Below are positions 45,897-57,907 of a DNA stretch of 64,000 nt, one piece after another (the stretch's first letter is position 1; the number at the start of each line of letters is the position of its first letter). Where the stretch lies: the sequence record PZ445517.1; one strand, written 5' to 3'. The stretch is from a phage. The notes below the pieces were generated by a model that had not been told where the DNA came from, made no database searches, and saw only the letters and a program-made list of their open reading frames with translations. The translations under genes and the position numbers were made by a program.

Positions 45897-47607
45897 TAAC
45901 CTCAACTGGTTTGTTGGTGTTGTTGAAGATAGAATGGACCCATTAAAATTAGGTCGTGTTCGTGTTCGTGTGGTTGGTCTGCATCCACCTCAAAGAGCAC
46001 AAGGTGATGTAATGGGTATTCCAACCGATAAATTGCCATGGATGTCAGTTATTCAACCGATAACTTCTGCAGCAATGTCTGGAATTGGAGGTTCTGTTAC
46101 AGGGCCAGTAGAAGGAACTAGAGTATATGGTCATTTTTTAGACAAATGGAAAACTAACGGAATTGTCCTTGGAACGTATGGTGGAATAGTTCGCGAAAAA
46201 CCTAATAGACTTGAAGGATTTTCTGACCCAACTGGGCAGTATCCTAGACGTCTAGGAAATGATACTAACGTATTAAACCAAGGCGGAGAAGTAGGATATG
46301 ATTCGTCTTCTAATATTATCCAAGATAGTAATCTAGACACTGCGATAAATCCCGATGATAGACCGCTATCAGAGATTCCAACTGATGATAATCCAAATAT
46401 GTCAATGGCTGAAATGCTTCGCCGTGATGAAGGATTAAGACTAAAAGTTTATTGGGACACAGAAGGATATCCGACAATTGGTATTGGTCATCTTATCATG
46501 AAGCAACCAGTTCGTGATATGGCCCAAATTAATAAAGTTTTATCAAAACAAGTTGGTCGTGAAATTACAGGAAATCCAGGTTCCATTACAATGGAAGAAG
46601 CCGTAGCTTTATTTGAACGTGATTTGGCTGATATGCAACGTGACATTAAATCACATTCTAAAGTTGGCCCAGTTTGGAAAGCAGTTAATCGTTCTCGTCA
46701 AATGGCGTTAGAAAATATGGCATTTCAGATGGGTGTTGGCGGTGTAGCTAAATTTAACACAATGTTAACTGCTATGTTAGCCGGAGATTGGGAAAAAGCA
46801 TATAAAGCCGGACGCGATTCATTATGGTATCAACAAACAAAAGGCCGTGCATCCCGTGTTACCATGATTATTCTTACAGGGAATTTGGAATCATACGGTA
46901 TTGAAGTGAAAACGCCAGCTAGGTCTTTGTCAGCAATGGCTGCTACTGTAGCAAAGTCTTCTGACCCGGCTGACCCTCCTATTCCGAATGATTCAAGAAT
47001 TTTATTCAAAGAACCTGTTTCTTCATATAAAGGTGAATATCCGTATGTTCACACAATGGAAACTGAAAGCGGTCATATTCAGGAATTTGATGATACCCCT
47101 GGGCAAGAACGATACAGATTAGTTCATCCGACTGGAACGTATGAGGAAGTATCACCATCAGGAAGAAGAACGAGAAAAACTGTTGATAATTTGTATGATA
47201 TAACAAATGCTGATGGTAATTTTTTGGTAGCCGGCGATAAAAAGACTAACGTCGGTGGATCAGAAATTTATTACAACATGGATAATCGTCTTCACCAAAT
47301 AGATGGAAGCAATACGATATTTGTGCGCGGCGACGAAACTAAGACGGTTGAAGGTAATGGAACTATCCTAGTCAAAGGTAATGTTACTATTGTAGTTGAA
47401 GGCAATGCTGACATTACAGTTAAAGGAGATGCTACCACTTTAGTTGAAGGAAATCAAACTAACACAGTAAATGGAAACCTTTCTTGGAAAGTTGCCGGGA
47501 CAGTTGATTGGGACGTTGGTGGTGATTGGACAGAAAAAATGGCATCTATGAGTTCTATTTCATCTGGTCAATACACAATTGATGGATCGAGGATTGACAT
47601 TGGCTAA
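45880..47607 (+). CDS. 5: gp5 baseplate hub with tail lysozyme and beta-helix spike
   Basis: 575 aa; internal lysozyme domain (MAEMLRRDEGLRLKVYWDTEGYPTIGIGHL); C-terminal VxGxxxxx beta-helix repeats. Confidence 0.97.
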   Translation: MEMISNNLNWFVGVVEDRMDPLKLGRVRVRVVGLHPPQRAQGDVMGIPTDKLPWMSVIQPITSAAMSGIGGSVTGPVEGTRVYGHFLDKWKTNGIVLGTYGGIVREKPNRLEGFSDPTGQYPRRLGNDTNVLNQGGEVGYDSSSNIIQDSNLDTAINPDDRPLSEIPTDDNPNMSMAEMLRRDEGLRLKVYWDTEGYPTIGIGHLIMKQPVRDMAQINKVLSKQVGREITGNPGSITMEEAVALFERDLADMQRDIKSHSKVGPVWKAVNRSRQMALENMAFQMGVGGVAKFNTMLTAMLAGDWEKAYKAGRDSLWYQQTKGRASRVTMIILTGNLESYGIEVKTPARSLSAMAATVAKSSDPADPPIPNDSRILFKEPVSSYKGEYPYVHTMETESGHIQEFDDTPGQERYRLVHPTGTYEEVSPSGRRTRKTVDNLYDITNADGNFLVAGDKKTNVGGSEIYYNMDNRLHQIDGSNTIFVRGDETKTVEGNGTILVKGNVTIVVEGNADITVKGDATTLVEGNQTNTVNGNLSWKVAGTVDWDVGGDWTEKMASMSSISSGQYTIDGSRIDIG

Positions 47608-48136
47608 TATACTTCCAATGAGCGCTGATTTAGGAGAATCCATGGAAGGTTCTTCTATCGACGTCACCTTTACCGCTCAATTAGAAACAGGTGAAACGTT
47701 AGTATCTATAAATATAACTAGTTACGAAGAAACTCCTGGGGTTTTAGTAGAAGAAAATCGCTTATATGGAACATATGAATCTGTGTTTGGATTTGGAAAT
47801 GACGCATTGAAATATCGTTTAGGCGATGAATTTAAAACTGCTGCTTCATGGGAAGACCTTCCAACTGATTCTAATACTCAGTTATATTTATGGAAAGCTC
47901 CTCAAAATCTCCAGAAGACATTCACTTACGAAGTAACATTAATATATGACTACCAAGAACAAAGCGAATCTGGAGGTTCTGGTAGTAATTCTAGGTCATC
48001 TTCTGATACTACTGAACCGACAGATCCTCCTGCTCCAGTAAGAAAAACACTCGTTAAAAATTATACTAAAACTATAGTTGGAAATTGGAGTCGTTGGGCT
48101 AATAAATTGAGAAGCTATGTGTATGAGAGGTCATAG
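47582..48136 (+). CDS. 5.1: gp5.1-like protein
   Basis: track ORF begins with TTG; first ATG at 47582 overlaps gene 5 end; start uncertain. Confidence 0.55.
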
Positions 48137-48430
48137 ATGTCAGGATTAAGTTATGATAAGTGTGTTACTGCTGGCCATGAAGCGTGGCCTCCAACAGTTG
48201 TGAATGCTACACAAAGTAAAGTATTCACTGGAGGAATTGCTGTTCTCGTAGCAGGCGATCCAATTACAGAACATACAGAAATTAAAAAGCCGTATGAAAC
48301 ACATGGCGGAGTGACACAACCTAGAACTTCTAAGGTATATGTCACTGGAAAGAAAGCTGTTCAAATGGCTGATCCAATATCATGCGGTGATACTGTGGCT
48401 CAGGCATCATCTAAAGTATTCATTAAATAG
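48137..48430 (+). CDS. 5.4: gp5.4 PAAR-repeat spike tip protein
   Basis: 97 aa immediately after 5.1; ATG verified. Confidence 0.85.
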
Positions 48431-48438
48431 GATTTAAA

Positions 48439-50421
48439 ATGGCAAATACCCCTGTAAATTATCAATTAACAAGAACAGCAAATGCTATTCCCGAGATATT
48501 CGTCGGGGGTACGTTTGCTGAAATAAAACAAAACCTCATTGAATGGCTTAATGGCCAAAATGAATTTTTGGATTATGATTTTGAAGGCTCAAGATTAAAC
48601 GTTCTGTGTGACCTTTTGGCTTATAATACGCTGTACATTCAGCAGTTTGGTAATGCTGCTGTGTATGAAAGCTTTATGCGTACTGCTAACTTACGAAGTT
48701 CAGTTGTTCAGGCTGCACAAGATAACGGATATTTACCTACTTCAAAATCCGCTGCGCAGACCGAAATTATGTTAACATGCACCGACGCATTGAATAGGAA
48801 TTACATTACTATTCCTCGCGGAACTCGCTTTTTAGCATATGCAAAAGATACTTCTGTTAATCCATATAACTTCGTTTCTACCGAAGACGTTATTGCTATT
48901 CGTGATAAAAATAACCAATATTTTCCACGTTTAAAATTGGCCCAGGGACGTATAGTAAGAACTGAAATCATTTATGATAAATTAACACCTATTATCATTT
49001 ATGATAAAAATATTGATAGAAACCAGGTTAAATTATATGTTGATGGAGCGGAATGGATTAACTGGACGAGAAAGTCAATGGTTCATGCTGGTTCAACATC
49101 AACGATTTACTATATGCGTGAAACTATTGATGGAAACACTGAATTCTATTTTGGTGAAGGTGAAATTTCTGTTAATGCTTCTGAAGGAGCTTTGACTGCT
49201 AATTATATTGGAGGTCTTAAACCTACTCAGAACTCTACGATTGTTATTGAGTACATCAGTACTAATGGCGCTGACGCGAACGGAGCAGTCGGATTTTCAT
49301 ACGCAGATACATTAACAAATATAACTGTCATCAATATTAATGAAAATCCAAACGATGACCCAGATTTTGTTGGGGCAGATGGTGGCGGTGATCCGGAAGA
49401 TATTGAGCGTATTCGCGAATTGGGTACTATTAAACGCGAAACTCAGCAACGATGCGTAACTGCGACTGACTACGATACATTCGTTTCAGAGAGATTCGGT
49501 TCTATTATTCAAGCTGTTCAAACTTTCACTGATTCTACTAAACCTGGGTATGCATTTATTGCTGCTAAACCTAAATCAGGTCTGTATTTAACTACCGTAC
49601 AGCGCGAAGATATTAAAAATTATCTCAAAGACTATAATTTAGCTCCTATTACGCCATCAATTATTTCTCCTAATTATCTTTTTATTAAGACTAATTTAAA
49701 AGTCACATATGCTTTAAATAAGCTACAAGAATCCGAACAGTGGCTCGAAGGTCAAATAATTGATAAAATTGATCGCTATTATACCGAAGATGTAGAAATT
49801 TTTAACTCATCTTTCGCTAAATCTAAGATGTTGACATATGTAGATGATGCAGATCATTCTATCATTGGTTCATCAGCGACAATTCAAATTGTTCGTGAAG
49901 TACAAAACTTCTATAAAACGCCTGAAGCAGGTATTAAATACAATAATCAAATAAAAGATCGTTCTATGGAATCTAATACGTTTTCATTTAATTCTGGACG
50001 AAAGGTTGTAAATCCTGATACTGGTTTAGAAGAAGATGTATTATATGACGTTCGTATAGTATCAACAGACCGAGATTCTAAAGGAATTGGTAAAGTTATT
50101 ATTGGTCCATTTGCTTCTGGCGATGTTACAGAAAATGAAAACATTCAGCCGTATACAGGCAATGATTTTAACAAATTAGCAAATTCTGATGGACGCGACA
50201 AATACTATGTTATCGGTGAAATAAATTATCCGGCTGACATGATTTATTGGAATATCGCTAAAATTAATTTAACATCTGAAAAATTTGAAGTTCAGACTAT
50301 TGAATTATATTCTGACCCAACCGATGATGTTATCTTTACTCGCGATGGTTCACTGATTGTATTTGAAAATGACTTACGTCCACAATACTTAACTATCGAT
50401 TTGGAGCCTATATCACAATGA
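48439..50421 (+). CDS. 6: gp6 baseplate wedge protein
   Basis: 660 aa; size and order as in T4. Confidence 0.95.
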   Translation: MANTPVNYQLTRTANAIPEIFVGGTFAEIKQNLIEWLNGQNEFLDYDFEGSRLNVLCDLLAYNTLYIQQFGNAAVYESFMRTANLRSSVVQAAQDNGYLPTSKSAAQTEIMLTCTDALNRNYITIPRGTRFLAYAKDTSVNPYNFVSTEDVIAIRDKNNQYFPRLKLAQGRIVRTEIIYDKLTPIIIYDKNIDRNQVKLYVDGAEWINWTRKSMVHAGSTSTIYYMRETIDGNTEFYFGEGEISVNASEGALTANYIGGLKPTQNSTIVIEYISTNGADANGAVGFSYADTLTNITVININENPNDDPDFVGADGGGDPEDIERIRELGTIKRETQQRCVTATDYDTFVSERFGSIIQAVQTFTDSTKPGYAFIAAKPKSGLYLTTVQREDIKNYLKDYNLAPITPSIISPNYLFIKTNLKVTYALNKLQESEQWLEGQIIDKIDRYYTEDVEIFNSSFAKSKMLTYVDDADHSIIGSSATIQIVREVQNFYKTPEAGIKYNNQIKDRSMESNTFSFNSGRKVVNPDTGLEEDVLYDVRIVSTDRDSKGIGKVIIGPFASGDVTENENIQPYTGNDFNKLANSDGRDKYYVIGEINYPADMIYWNIAKINLTSEKFEVQTIELYSDPTDDVIFTRDGSLIVFENDLRPQYLTIDLEPISQ

Positions 50422-53400
50422 CAGTAAAAGCACCTTCAGTCACTAGTCTCAGAATTTCCAAGTTATCCGCAAATCAGGTGCAAGTACGCTGGGATGACGT
50501 TGGTGCTAATTTCTACTATTTTGTAGAAATCGCTGAGACAAAAACAAACTCGGGGGAAAATCTCCCGAGTAATCAATACAGATGGATTAACTTAGGATAT
50601 ACTGCAAATAACAGCTTCTTTTTTGATGATGCTGATCCATTGACATCATACATTATCAGAGTAGCTACAGCTGCGCAAGATTTTGAGCAGTCTGATTGGA
50701 TTTATACCGAAGAGTTTGAAACTTTTGCTACAAATGCTTATACATTTCAAAACATGATTGAAATGCAATTAGCCAATAAATTCATTCAGGAAAAATTTAC
50801 TCTTAATAATTCTGATTATGTTAATTTTAATAATGACACTATAATGGCTGCATTGATGAATGAATCATTTCAATTCAGCCCATCGTATGTTGATGTTTCA
50901 TCAATAAGTAATTTTATTATTGGTGAAAATGAGTATCATGAAATACAAGGTTCTATTCAGCAAGTATGTAAGGATATTAACCGAGTTTATTTGATGGAAT
51001 CAGAAGGAATTCTATATCTTTTTGAGCGCTATCAACCTGTAGTTAAAGTATCCAATGATAAAGGACAAACCTGGAAAGCTGTAAAGCTCTTCAATGACCG
51101 TGTAGGATATCCTTTATCTAAGACAGTATATTACCAATCTGCGAACACAACATACGTTCTAGGATACGACAAGATTTTCTACGGCCGTAAATCTACTGAT
51201 GTTAGATGGTCAGCTGATGATGTCAGATTTAGTTCGCAGGATATAACATTTGCTAAACTTGGTGACCAATTGCATCTAGGATTTGATGTAGAAATTTTTG
51301 CCACTTATGCGACTTTACCAGCGAATGTATACCGCATTGCAGAAGCTATTACTTGCACCGATGATTACATTTACGTTGTCGCCAGAGACAAAGTTAGATA
51401 CATAAAAACGAGTAATGCACCTATAGATTCTGATCCATTATCTCCAACATATTCGGAAAGACTTTTTGAACCTGATACAATGACTATAACTGGAAATCCT
51501 AAAGCAGTATGCTATAAAATGGATTCTATCGGTGATAAAGTTTTTGCTCTTATTATTGGTGAAGTTGAAACATTAAATGCTAATCCTAGAACATCAAAAA
51601 TAATTGATTCTGTTGATAAAGGAATATATGTTTTAAATCATGACGAAAAAACATGGAAAAGAGTTTTTGGTAATACCGAAGAAGAAAGAAGACGTATTCA
51701 ACCCGGATATGCGAATATGTCAACTGATGGTAAATTAGTTTCTCTGTCTTCGAGTAATTTTAAATTTTTAAGTGATAATGTTGTTAATGACCCTGAAACT
51801 GTGGTGAAATATCAGTTAATCGGTGCTGTTAAATATGAATTTCCACGTGAATGGTTAGCTGATAAGCATTATCATATGATGGCATTTATAGCAGATGAAA
51901 AATCTGATTGGGAAACTTTTACGCCTCAGCCGATGAAATACTATGCAGAACCATTCTTTAACTGGTCTAAAAAATCTAACACACGCTGTTGGATAAACAA
52001 CTCTGACAGAGCTGTAGTAGTTTATGCTGATTTAAAATATACCAAAGTTATTGAAAATTTTCCAGAAACATCGCCAGATAGATTAGTTCATGAATACTGG
52101 GATGACGGCGATTGCACTATAGTAATGCCAAATGTTAAATTCACGGGATTTAAAAAATATGCGTCTGGGATGCTTTTTTATAAATCTTCTGGTGAAATAA
52201 TTTCTTACTATGATTTTAACTATCGAGTGAGAGACACGGTTGAAATAATTTGGAAGCCAACTGGAATATTTTTAAAAGCATTTTTACAAAACCAAGAGCG
52301 TGAAACTCCTTGGTCACCGGAAGAAGAGCATGGATTAGCTGATCCTGATTTAAGACCATTGATTGGCACAATGATGCCTGATTCTTATTTGCTACAGGAT
52401 TCTAATTTTGAGGCATTCTGCGAAGCATATATTCAGTATCTTTCTGATGGATATGGAACTCAGTATAATAATTTACGAAATTTAATTCGTAATCAATATC
52501 CGCGAGAAGAGCATGCATGGGAATATTTGTGGTCAGAGATATATAAAAGAAACATTTATTTAAATGCTGATAAACGTGATGCTGTTGCAAGATTTTTTGA
52601 ATCACGTAGCTATGATTTTTATTCTACTAAAGGAATTGAAGCATCATACAAATTTCTTTTTAAAGTTCTTTATAATGAAGAAGTTGAAATTGAAATTGAA
52701 TCTGGGGCTGGTACTGAATATGATATAATCGTTCAATCTGATTCTTTGACTGAAGATTTAGTAGGACAAACGATTTATACAGCTACAGGAAGATGTAATG
52801 TTACTTATATAGAAAGAAGCTATTCCAATGGCAAATTGCAATGGACCGTAACTATTCATAATCTTTTGGGAAGATTAATTGCCGGTCAAGAAGTTAAAGC
52901 AGAAAGACTCCCTAGTTTCGAAGGCGAAATTATTCGCGGGGTTAAAGGAAAGGATTTGCTTCAAAATAATATAGACTATATTAATAGAAGTCGATCATAT
53001 TATGTAATGAAAATTAAATCCAATTTACCTTCTTCCCGCTGGAAATCTGACGTTATTCGTTTTGTTCATCCAGTAGGATTTGGATTTATAGCAATTACTC
53101 TTTTAACAATGTTTATTAATGTCGGTTTAACTCTTAAACATACAGAGACTATAATTAATAAATACAAAAACTACAAATGGGATTCTGGATTGCCTACTGA
53201 ATATGCTGATAGAGTAGCTAAATTAACTCCAACCGGTGAAATTGAGCATGATTCAGTAACAGGCGAAGCAATTTATGAACCTGGCCCAATGGCGGGTGTA
53301 AAATATCCTCTTCCTGATGACTATAATGCTGAAAATAATAATTCAATATTTCAAGGTCAATTGCCGTCTGAACGACGTAAATTAATGAGTCCTCTATTTG

Positions 53401-53516
53401 ATGCATCTGGAACAACATTTGCACAATTTAGGGATTTAGTTAATAAACGTCTAAAAGATAATATAGGAAATCCAAGAGACCCTGAAAATCCAACACAGGT
53501 TAAAATAGATGAATGA
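50418..53516 (+). CDS. 7: gp7 baseplate wedge initiator
   Basis: 1032 aa; ATGA overlap with gene 6. Confidence 0.95.
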   Translation: MTVKAPSVTSLRISKLSANQVQVRWDDVGANFYYFVEIAETKTNSGENLPSNQYRWINLGYTANNSFFFDDADPLTSYIIRVATAAQDFEQSDWIYTEEFETFATNAYTFQNMIEMQLANKFIQEKFTLNNSDYVNFNNDTIMAALMNESFQFSPSYVDVSSISNFIIGENEYHEIQGSIQQVCKDINRVYLMESEGILYLFERYQPVVKVSNDKGQTWKAVKLFNDRVGYPLSKTVYYQSANTTYVLGYDKIFYGRKSTDVRWSADDVRFSSQDITFAKLGDQLHLGFDVEIFATYATLPANVYRIAEAITCTDDYIYVVARDKVRYIKTSNAPIDSDPLSPTYSERLFEPDTMTITGNPKAVCYKMDSIGDKVFALIIGEVETLNANPRTSKIIDSVDKGIYVLNHDEKTWKRVFGNTEEERRRIQPGYANMSTDGKLVSLSSSNFKFLSDNVVNDPETVVKYQLIGAVKYEFPREWLADKHYHMMAFIADEKSDWETFTPQPMKYYAEPFFNWSKKSNTRCWINNSDRAVVVYADLKYTKVIENFPETSPDRLVHEYWDDGDCTIVMPNVKFTGFKKYASGMLFYKSSGEIISYYDFNYRVRDTVEIIWKPTGIFLKAFLQNQERETPWSPEEEHGLADPDLRPLIGTMMPDSYLLQDSNFEAFCEAYIQYLSDGYGTQYNNLRNLIRNQYPREEHAWEYLWSEIYKRNIYLNADKRDAVARFFESRSYDFYSTKGIEASYKFLFKVLYNEEVEIEIESGAGTEYDIIVQSDSLTEDLVGQTIYTATGRCNVTYIERSYSNGKLQWTVTIHNLLGRLIAGQEVKAERLPSFEGEIIRGVKGKDLLQNNIDYINRSRSYYVMKIKSNLPSSRWKSDVIRFVHPVGFGFIAITLLTMFINVGLTLKHTETIINKYKNYKWDSGLPTEYADRVAKLTPTGEIEHDSVTGEAIYEPGPMAGVKYPLPDDYNAENNNSIFQGQLPSERRKLMSPLFDASGTTFAQFRDLVNKRLKDNIGNPRDPENPTQVKIDE

Positions 53517-54513
53517 TTCAAGTGTTATCTATCGTGCGATAGTTACTTCAAAATTTAGAACAGAAAAAATGTTGAATTTTTATAATTCAATTGGAAGTGG
53601 TCCGGATAAAAACACTATCTTTATTACATTTGGAAGATCAGAACCGTGGTCATCAAACGAAAATGAGGTGGGATTTGCCCCACCTTATCCCACCGATTCT
53701 GTATTAGGTGTAACTGACATGTGGACTCATATGATGGGAACCGTGAAGGTTCTTCCATCTATGCTTGATGCAGTTATTCCTCGTCGAGATTGGGGAGATA
53801 CTAGATATCCGGATCCATACACATTTAGAATTAACGATATTGTAGTGTGTAACTCAGCTCCTTACAACGCTACCGAATCAGGCGCAGGCTGGTTAGTATA
53901 TCGTTGTTTAGATGTTCCTGATACCGGAATGTGCTCAATCGAGTCTTTAACTAATAAGGATGAATGCCTTAAGCTAGGTGGAAAATGGACTCCTTCTGTT
54001 AGGTCAATGACTCCTCCTGAAGGTCGAGGAGACGCGGAAGGAACAATCGAACCTGGAGACGGGTATGTATGGGAATATCTTTTTGAGATTCCGCCTGATG
54101 TATCTATAAACAGATGCACGAATGAATATATCGTGGTTCCTTGGCCTGAGGAATTAAAAGAAGATCCGACTAGATGGGGGTATGAAGATAACCTCACTTG
54201 GCAGCAAGATGATTTTGGATTAATTTACCGGGTTAAGGCAAATACTATTCGTTTTAAAGCATACTTAGATTCAGTTTATTTTCCTGAAGCTGCATTGCCG
54301 GGAAATAAAGGATTTAGACAAATATCGATAATCACGAATCCTCTTGAAGCTAAAGTTCATCCAAATGACCCAAACGTTAAAGCTGAAAAGGATTACTATG
54401 ATCCGGAAGATTTAATGAGGCATTCGGGCGAAATGATTTATATGGAAAATAGGCCACCTATTATTATGGCAATGGACCAAACAGAAGAAATCAATATTCT
54501 GTTTACATTTTAA
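53509..54513 (+). CDS. 8: gp8 baseplate wedge protein
   Basis: 334 aa; size and order as in T4. Confidence 0.95.
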   Translation: MNDSSVIYRAIVTSKFRTEKMLNFYNSIGSGPDKNTIFITFGRSEPWSSNENEVGFAPPYPTDSVLGVTDMWTHMMGTVKVLPSMLDAVIPRRDWGDTRYPDPYTFRINDIVVCNSAPYNATESGAGWLVYRCLDVPDTGMCSIESLTNKDECLKLGGKWTPSVRSMTPPEGRGDAEGTIEPGDGYVWEYLFEIPPDVSINRCTNEYIVVPWPEELKEDPTRWGYEDNLTWQQDDFGLIYRVKANTIRFKAYLDSVYFPEAALPGNKGFRQISIITNPLEAKVHPNDPNVKAEKDYYDPEDLMRHSGEMIYMENRPPIIMAMDQTEEINILFTF

Positions 54514-54516
54514 ATT

Positions 54517-54545
54517 AAGGGAGCCCATGGGCTCCCTTTTTCTTT
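54517..54545 (+). terminator. intrinsic terminator after gene 8
   Basis: GGGAGCC-CAUG-GGCUCCC hairpin followed by UUUUUCUUU. Confidence 0.6.
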
Positions 54546-54552
54546 ATAAATA
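54545..54552 (+). promoter_or_regulatory. T4-type late promoter (TATAAATA) for gene 9
   Basis: exact TATAAATA 25 nt upstream of gene 9 ATG. Confidence 0.6.
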
Positions 54553-54576
54553 CTATAAACTCATAAGGAAACCGCT

Positions 54577-55443
54577 ATGTTCATTCAAGAACCAAAGAAA
54601 TTGATTGATACCGGCGAAATTGGTAACGCTTCTACTGGTGATATCTTATTCGACGGTGGTAATAAAATTAATAGTGATTTTAACGCAATTTATAACGCGT
54701 TTGGCGATCAGCGTAAAATGGCAGTAGCAAATGGCACTGGTGCTGACGGCCAAATTATCCATGCTACTGGATATTATCAAAAGCATTCTATCACAGAGTA
54801 CGCAACTCCAGTAAAAGTTGGCACTAGACATGATATTGATACCTCTACTGTAGGTGTTAAAGTTATCATTGAAAGAGGAGAACTCGGTGACTGTGTTGAA
54901 TTCATTAATTCTAACGGATCGATATCAGTTACTAATCCTTTAACAATTCAAGCCATTGATTCAATTAAAGGTGTTTCGGGTAATTTGGTAGTAACTAGCC
55001 CATATAGTAAAGTTACTTTACGTTGTATTTCATCTGATAATTCTACGTCAGTTTGGAATTATTCTATTGAAAGTATGTTTGGCCAAAAAGAATCACCGGC
55101 CGAAGGTACATGGAATATTTCTACATCTGGGTCAGTTGACATTCCATTGTTTCATCGTACTGAATATAACATGGCTAAATTGTTAGTTACATGCCAATCA
55201 GTAGATGGAAGAAAAATTAAAACGGCAGAAATAAATATTCTTGTAGATACTGTTAATTCAGCGGTCATTTCTTCTGAATATGCTGTCATGCGAGTTGGGA
55301 ATGAAACCGAAGAAGACGAAATCGCTAATATTGCATTTAGTATTAAAGAAAATTATGTAACAGCGACTATAAGTTCTTCAACTGTCGGTATGAGAGCAGC
55401 AGTTAAAGTTATCGCTACGCAGAAAATCGGGGTGGCTCAATAA
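54577..55443 (+). CDS. 9: gp9 baseplate wedge, long tail fibre socket
   Basis: 288 aa; size and order as in T4. Confidence 0.95.
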   Translation: MFIQEPKKLIDTGEIGNASTGDILFDGGNKINSDFNAIYNAFGDQRKMAVANGTGADGQIIHATGYYQKHSITEYATPVKVGTRHDIDTSTVGVKVIIERGELGDCVEFINSNGSISVTNPLTIQAIDSIKGVSGNLVVTSPYSKVTLRCISSDNSTSVWNYSIESMFGQKESPAEGTWNISTSGSVDIPLFHRTEYNMAKLLVTCQSVDGRKIKTAEINILVDTVNSAVISSEYAVMRVGNETEEDEIANIAFSIKENYVTATISSSTVGMRAAVKVIATQKIGVAQ

Positions 55444-57248
55444 TGAAACAAAATATTAATATCGGTAATGTTGTTGATGATGGTACCGGTGACTACCTGC
55501 GTAAAGGTGGTATAAAAATAAATGAAAACTTTGATGAACTTTATTATGAACTTGGTGATGGAGATGTTCCATATTCAGCCGGTGCCTGGAAAACTTATAA
55601 TGCTTCATCTGGACAAACACTAACGGCAGAATGGGGAAAATCATATGCCATTAATACTTCGTCTGGAAGAGTAACTCTACAACTTCCTAAAGGAACTGTT
55701 AATGATTACAACAAGGTAATTAGAGCTAGAGACGTATTCGCTACATGGAACATCAATCCAGTTACTTTAGTAGCTGCTTCTGGAGATACAATTAAAGGGT
55801 CGTCATCATCGGTTGAAATTAATGTTCAATTTAGTGATTTAGAGTTAGTTTATTGCGCTCCAGGACGTTGGGAATATGTCAAAAACAAACAAATTGACAA
55901 AATTGTTAGTTCAGATATTAGTAATGTAGCTCGCAAAGAATTTTTAGTTGAAGTTCAAGGACAAACTGACTTTTTAGATGTTTTCAATGGAACTAGTTAT
56001 AATGTCAATAACATCAGAGTAAAACATCGTGGTAACGAATTGTATTACGGCGATGTATTTAGCGAAAACAGTGACTTTGGCTCTCCGGGCGAAAATGAAG
56101 GCGAATTAGTTCCTCTTGATGGATTTAATATTAGGCTAAGACAGCCATGTAATATTGGTGACACCGTTCAAATTGAAACATTTATGGATGGTGTATCACA
56201 ATGGAGAAGTTCATATACAAGACGCCAAATAAAAGTACTAGATTCAAAACTAACATCAAAGACTTCATTAGAAGGAAGTATTTACGTTACTGATTTATCA
56301 ACGATGAAATCAATTCCATTTTCCGCTTTTGGATTAATTCCTGGTGAACCTATTAATCCTAATTCTCTTGAAGTTCGTTTTAATGGAATTTTACAGCAAC
56401 AAGCTGGAACAGCTGGATATCCTCTGTTTTTGTGTGAAGGCGCTAATTCAGATACGCAAGAAGGATGTATATCTCTTGGCGGCGAATGGAAAGAATCAAA
56501 CACGGATTATTCTATAGAATATGAAGACGGAAAACCTATCAGTCTTTTATTTGATAGAAAATTTGAATCCGGCGACATTATCGTTATAACATGGTTCAAT
56601 AACGATTTAGGAACTCTTTTAGAAAAAGATGACATTATTGAATTAACAGATGACCGTTATGTTAGCAAAGGATCATCTACTGAAGTTACTGGTGATGTGG
56701 CCTTAACAGATTTTGATAAAATCGGTTGGCCAAATGTTGAAAAAGTTGATTCTTATACTAGAACGTATAATTCAATATCATCTATTTTCGACAGCATTTA
56801 TCCTGTTGGTTCAATTTATGAAAATGCTATAAATCCAAATAATCCGGCGACTTATATGGGATTTGGTTCATGGAAATTATTTGGTAAAGGACGAGTTTTA
56901 GTAGGATGGAATGATGATGTTACGGATCCAAACTTTGCTTTAAACAATAATGATTTAGATTCTAGCGGAAATCCTTCACATACTGCCGGTGGAACAGTTG
57001 GAACAACAACAGTGACACTTGAGAATGCAAATCTTCCTGCGACTAAAACTGATGAAAGGGTTTTAATTGAAGACGAAAATGGATCGGTTATTATTGGAGG
57101 TTGCCAATATGACCCAGACGAAACTGGTCCTATATATACAAAATATCGTGAAGACTACGCAACAACAAACTCTTCACATACTCCTCCTGCTAATATTAGT
57201 AATATTCAACCGTCTATTACTGTATACCGTTGGATAAGGATTGCATAA
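55443..57248 (+). CDS. 10: gp10 baseplate wedge, short tail fibre attachment
   Basis: 601 aa; ATGA-type overlap with gene 9. Confidence 0.95.
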   Translation: MKQNINIGNVVDDGTGDYLRKGGIKINENFDELYYELGDGDVPYSAGAWKTYNASSGQTLTAEWGKSYAINTSSGRVTLQLPKGTVNDYNKVIRARDVFATWNINPVTLVAASGDTIKGSSSSVEINVQFSDLELVYCAPGRWEYVKNKQIDKIVSSDISNVARKEFLVEVQGQTDFLDVFNGTSYNVNNIRVKHRGNELYYGDVFSENSDFGSPGENEGELVPLDGFNIRLRQPCNIGDTVQIETFMDGVSQWRSSYTRRQIKVLDSKLTSKTSLEGSIYVTDLSTMKSIPFSAFGLIPGEPINPNSLEVRFNGILQQQAGTAGYPLFLCEGANSDTQEGCISLGGEWKESNTDYSIEYEDGKPISLLFDRKFESGDIIVITWFNNDLGTLLEKDDIIELTDDRYVSKGSSTEVTGDVALTDFDKIGWPNVEKVDSYTRTYNSISSIFDSIYPVGSIYENAINPNNPATYMGFGSWKLFGKGRVLVGWNDDVTDPNFALNNNDLDSSGNPSHTAGGTVGTTTVTLENANLPATKTDERVLIEDENGSVIIGGCQYDPDETGPIYTKYREDYATTNSSHTPPANISNIQPSITVYRWIRIA

Positions 57249-57907
57249 TGAGTTTACTTAATAATAAAGCGGGAGTTATTTCCCGCTTAGCAGATTTTCT
57301 TGGTTTTAGAACTAAGAAAAATGATATTTCGGTTATGAATAATCAGCCAGTAGGTGCTGTAACAATTTCACAAATAGCAAAAGGTTTTTATGACCCAAAT
57401 GTAGAATCTGCTATTAATGATGTTAGAAATATGGCAGAGCAACAAGTTGGAGCTGTATTAGTTAATATAAGCGGCGTATCTCCTACTGGTGTGCAGCAAA
57501 CAGACTATTGGTCATTTGAAGGAACTGTTACTGATACTTCAGCCAAACCGGGTGACCCAGTTATTGTTAACATGTTTGGTATTCCAGTTAAAGCTACTAA
57601 CGGAATGACTTCAATTGAATTTACCAGTGCCGTTAGAATAGCTCTACAGGAAATGGTTGCAAAATTTATTGCAATTGATTCATTTGAAGACCATCCTACA
57701 ATAGGAAATAAAATACAAGTTAAGTATTTAGATAACCAAGAACATATCTTAGAACAATACTCTGATAAAGGAATTACTTTCAAACAAGAAATAATTTCTC
57801 CTTCTAAACCTGGATACGGAACTTGGCAATTATTAGGTGCGCAAACTGTTACGCTAGATAGTCACACACAACCTACGGTATTTTATTATTTTGAGAGAAT
57901 AGCATGA
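57248..57907 (+). CDS. 11: gp11 baseplate wedge, short tail fibre connector
   Basis: ATG at 57248 gives 219 aa ([17 protein letters not shown]); track extension begins with TTG. Confidence 0.93.
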   Translation: MSLLNNKAGVISRLADFLGFRTKKNDISVMNNQPVGAVTISQIAKGFYDPNVESAINDVRNMAEQQVGAVLVNISGVSPTGVQQTDYWSFEGTVTDTSAKPGDPVIVNMFGIPVKATNGMTSIEFTSAVRIALQEMVAKFIAIDSFEDHPTIGNKIQVKYLDNQEHILEQYSDKGITFKQEIISPSKPGYGTWQLLGAQTVTLDSHTQPTVFYYFERIA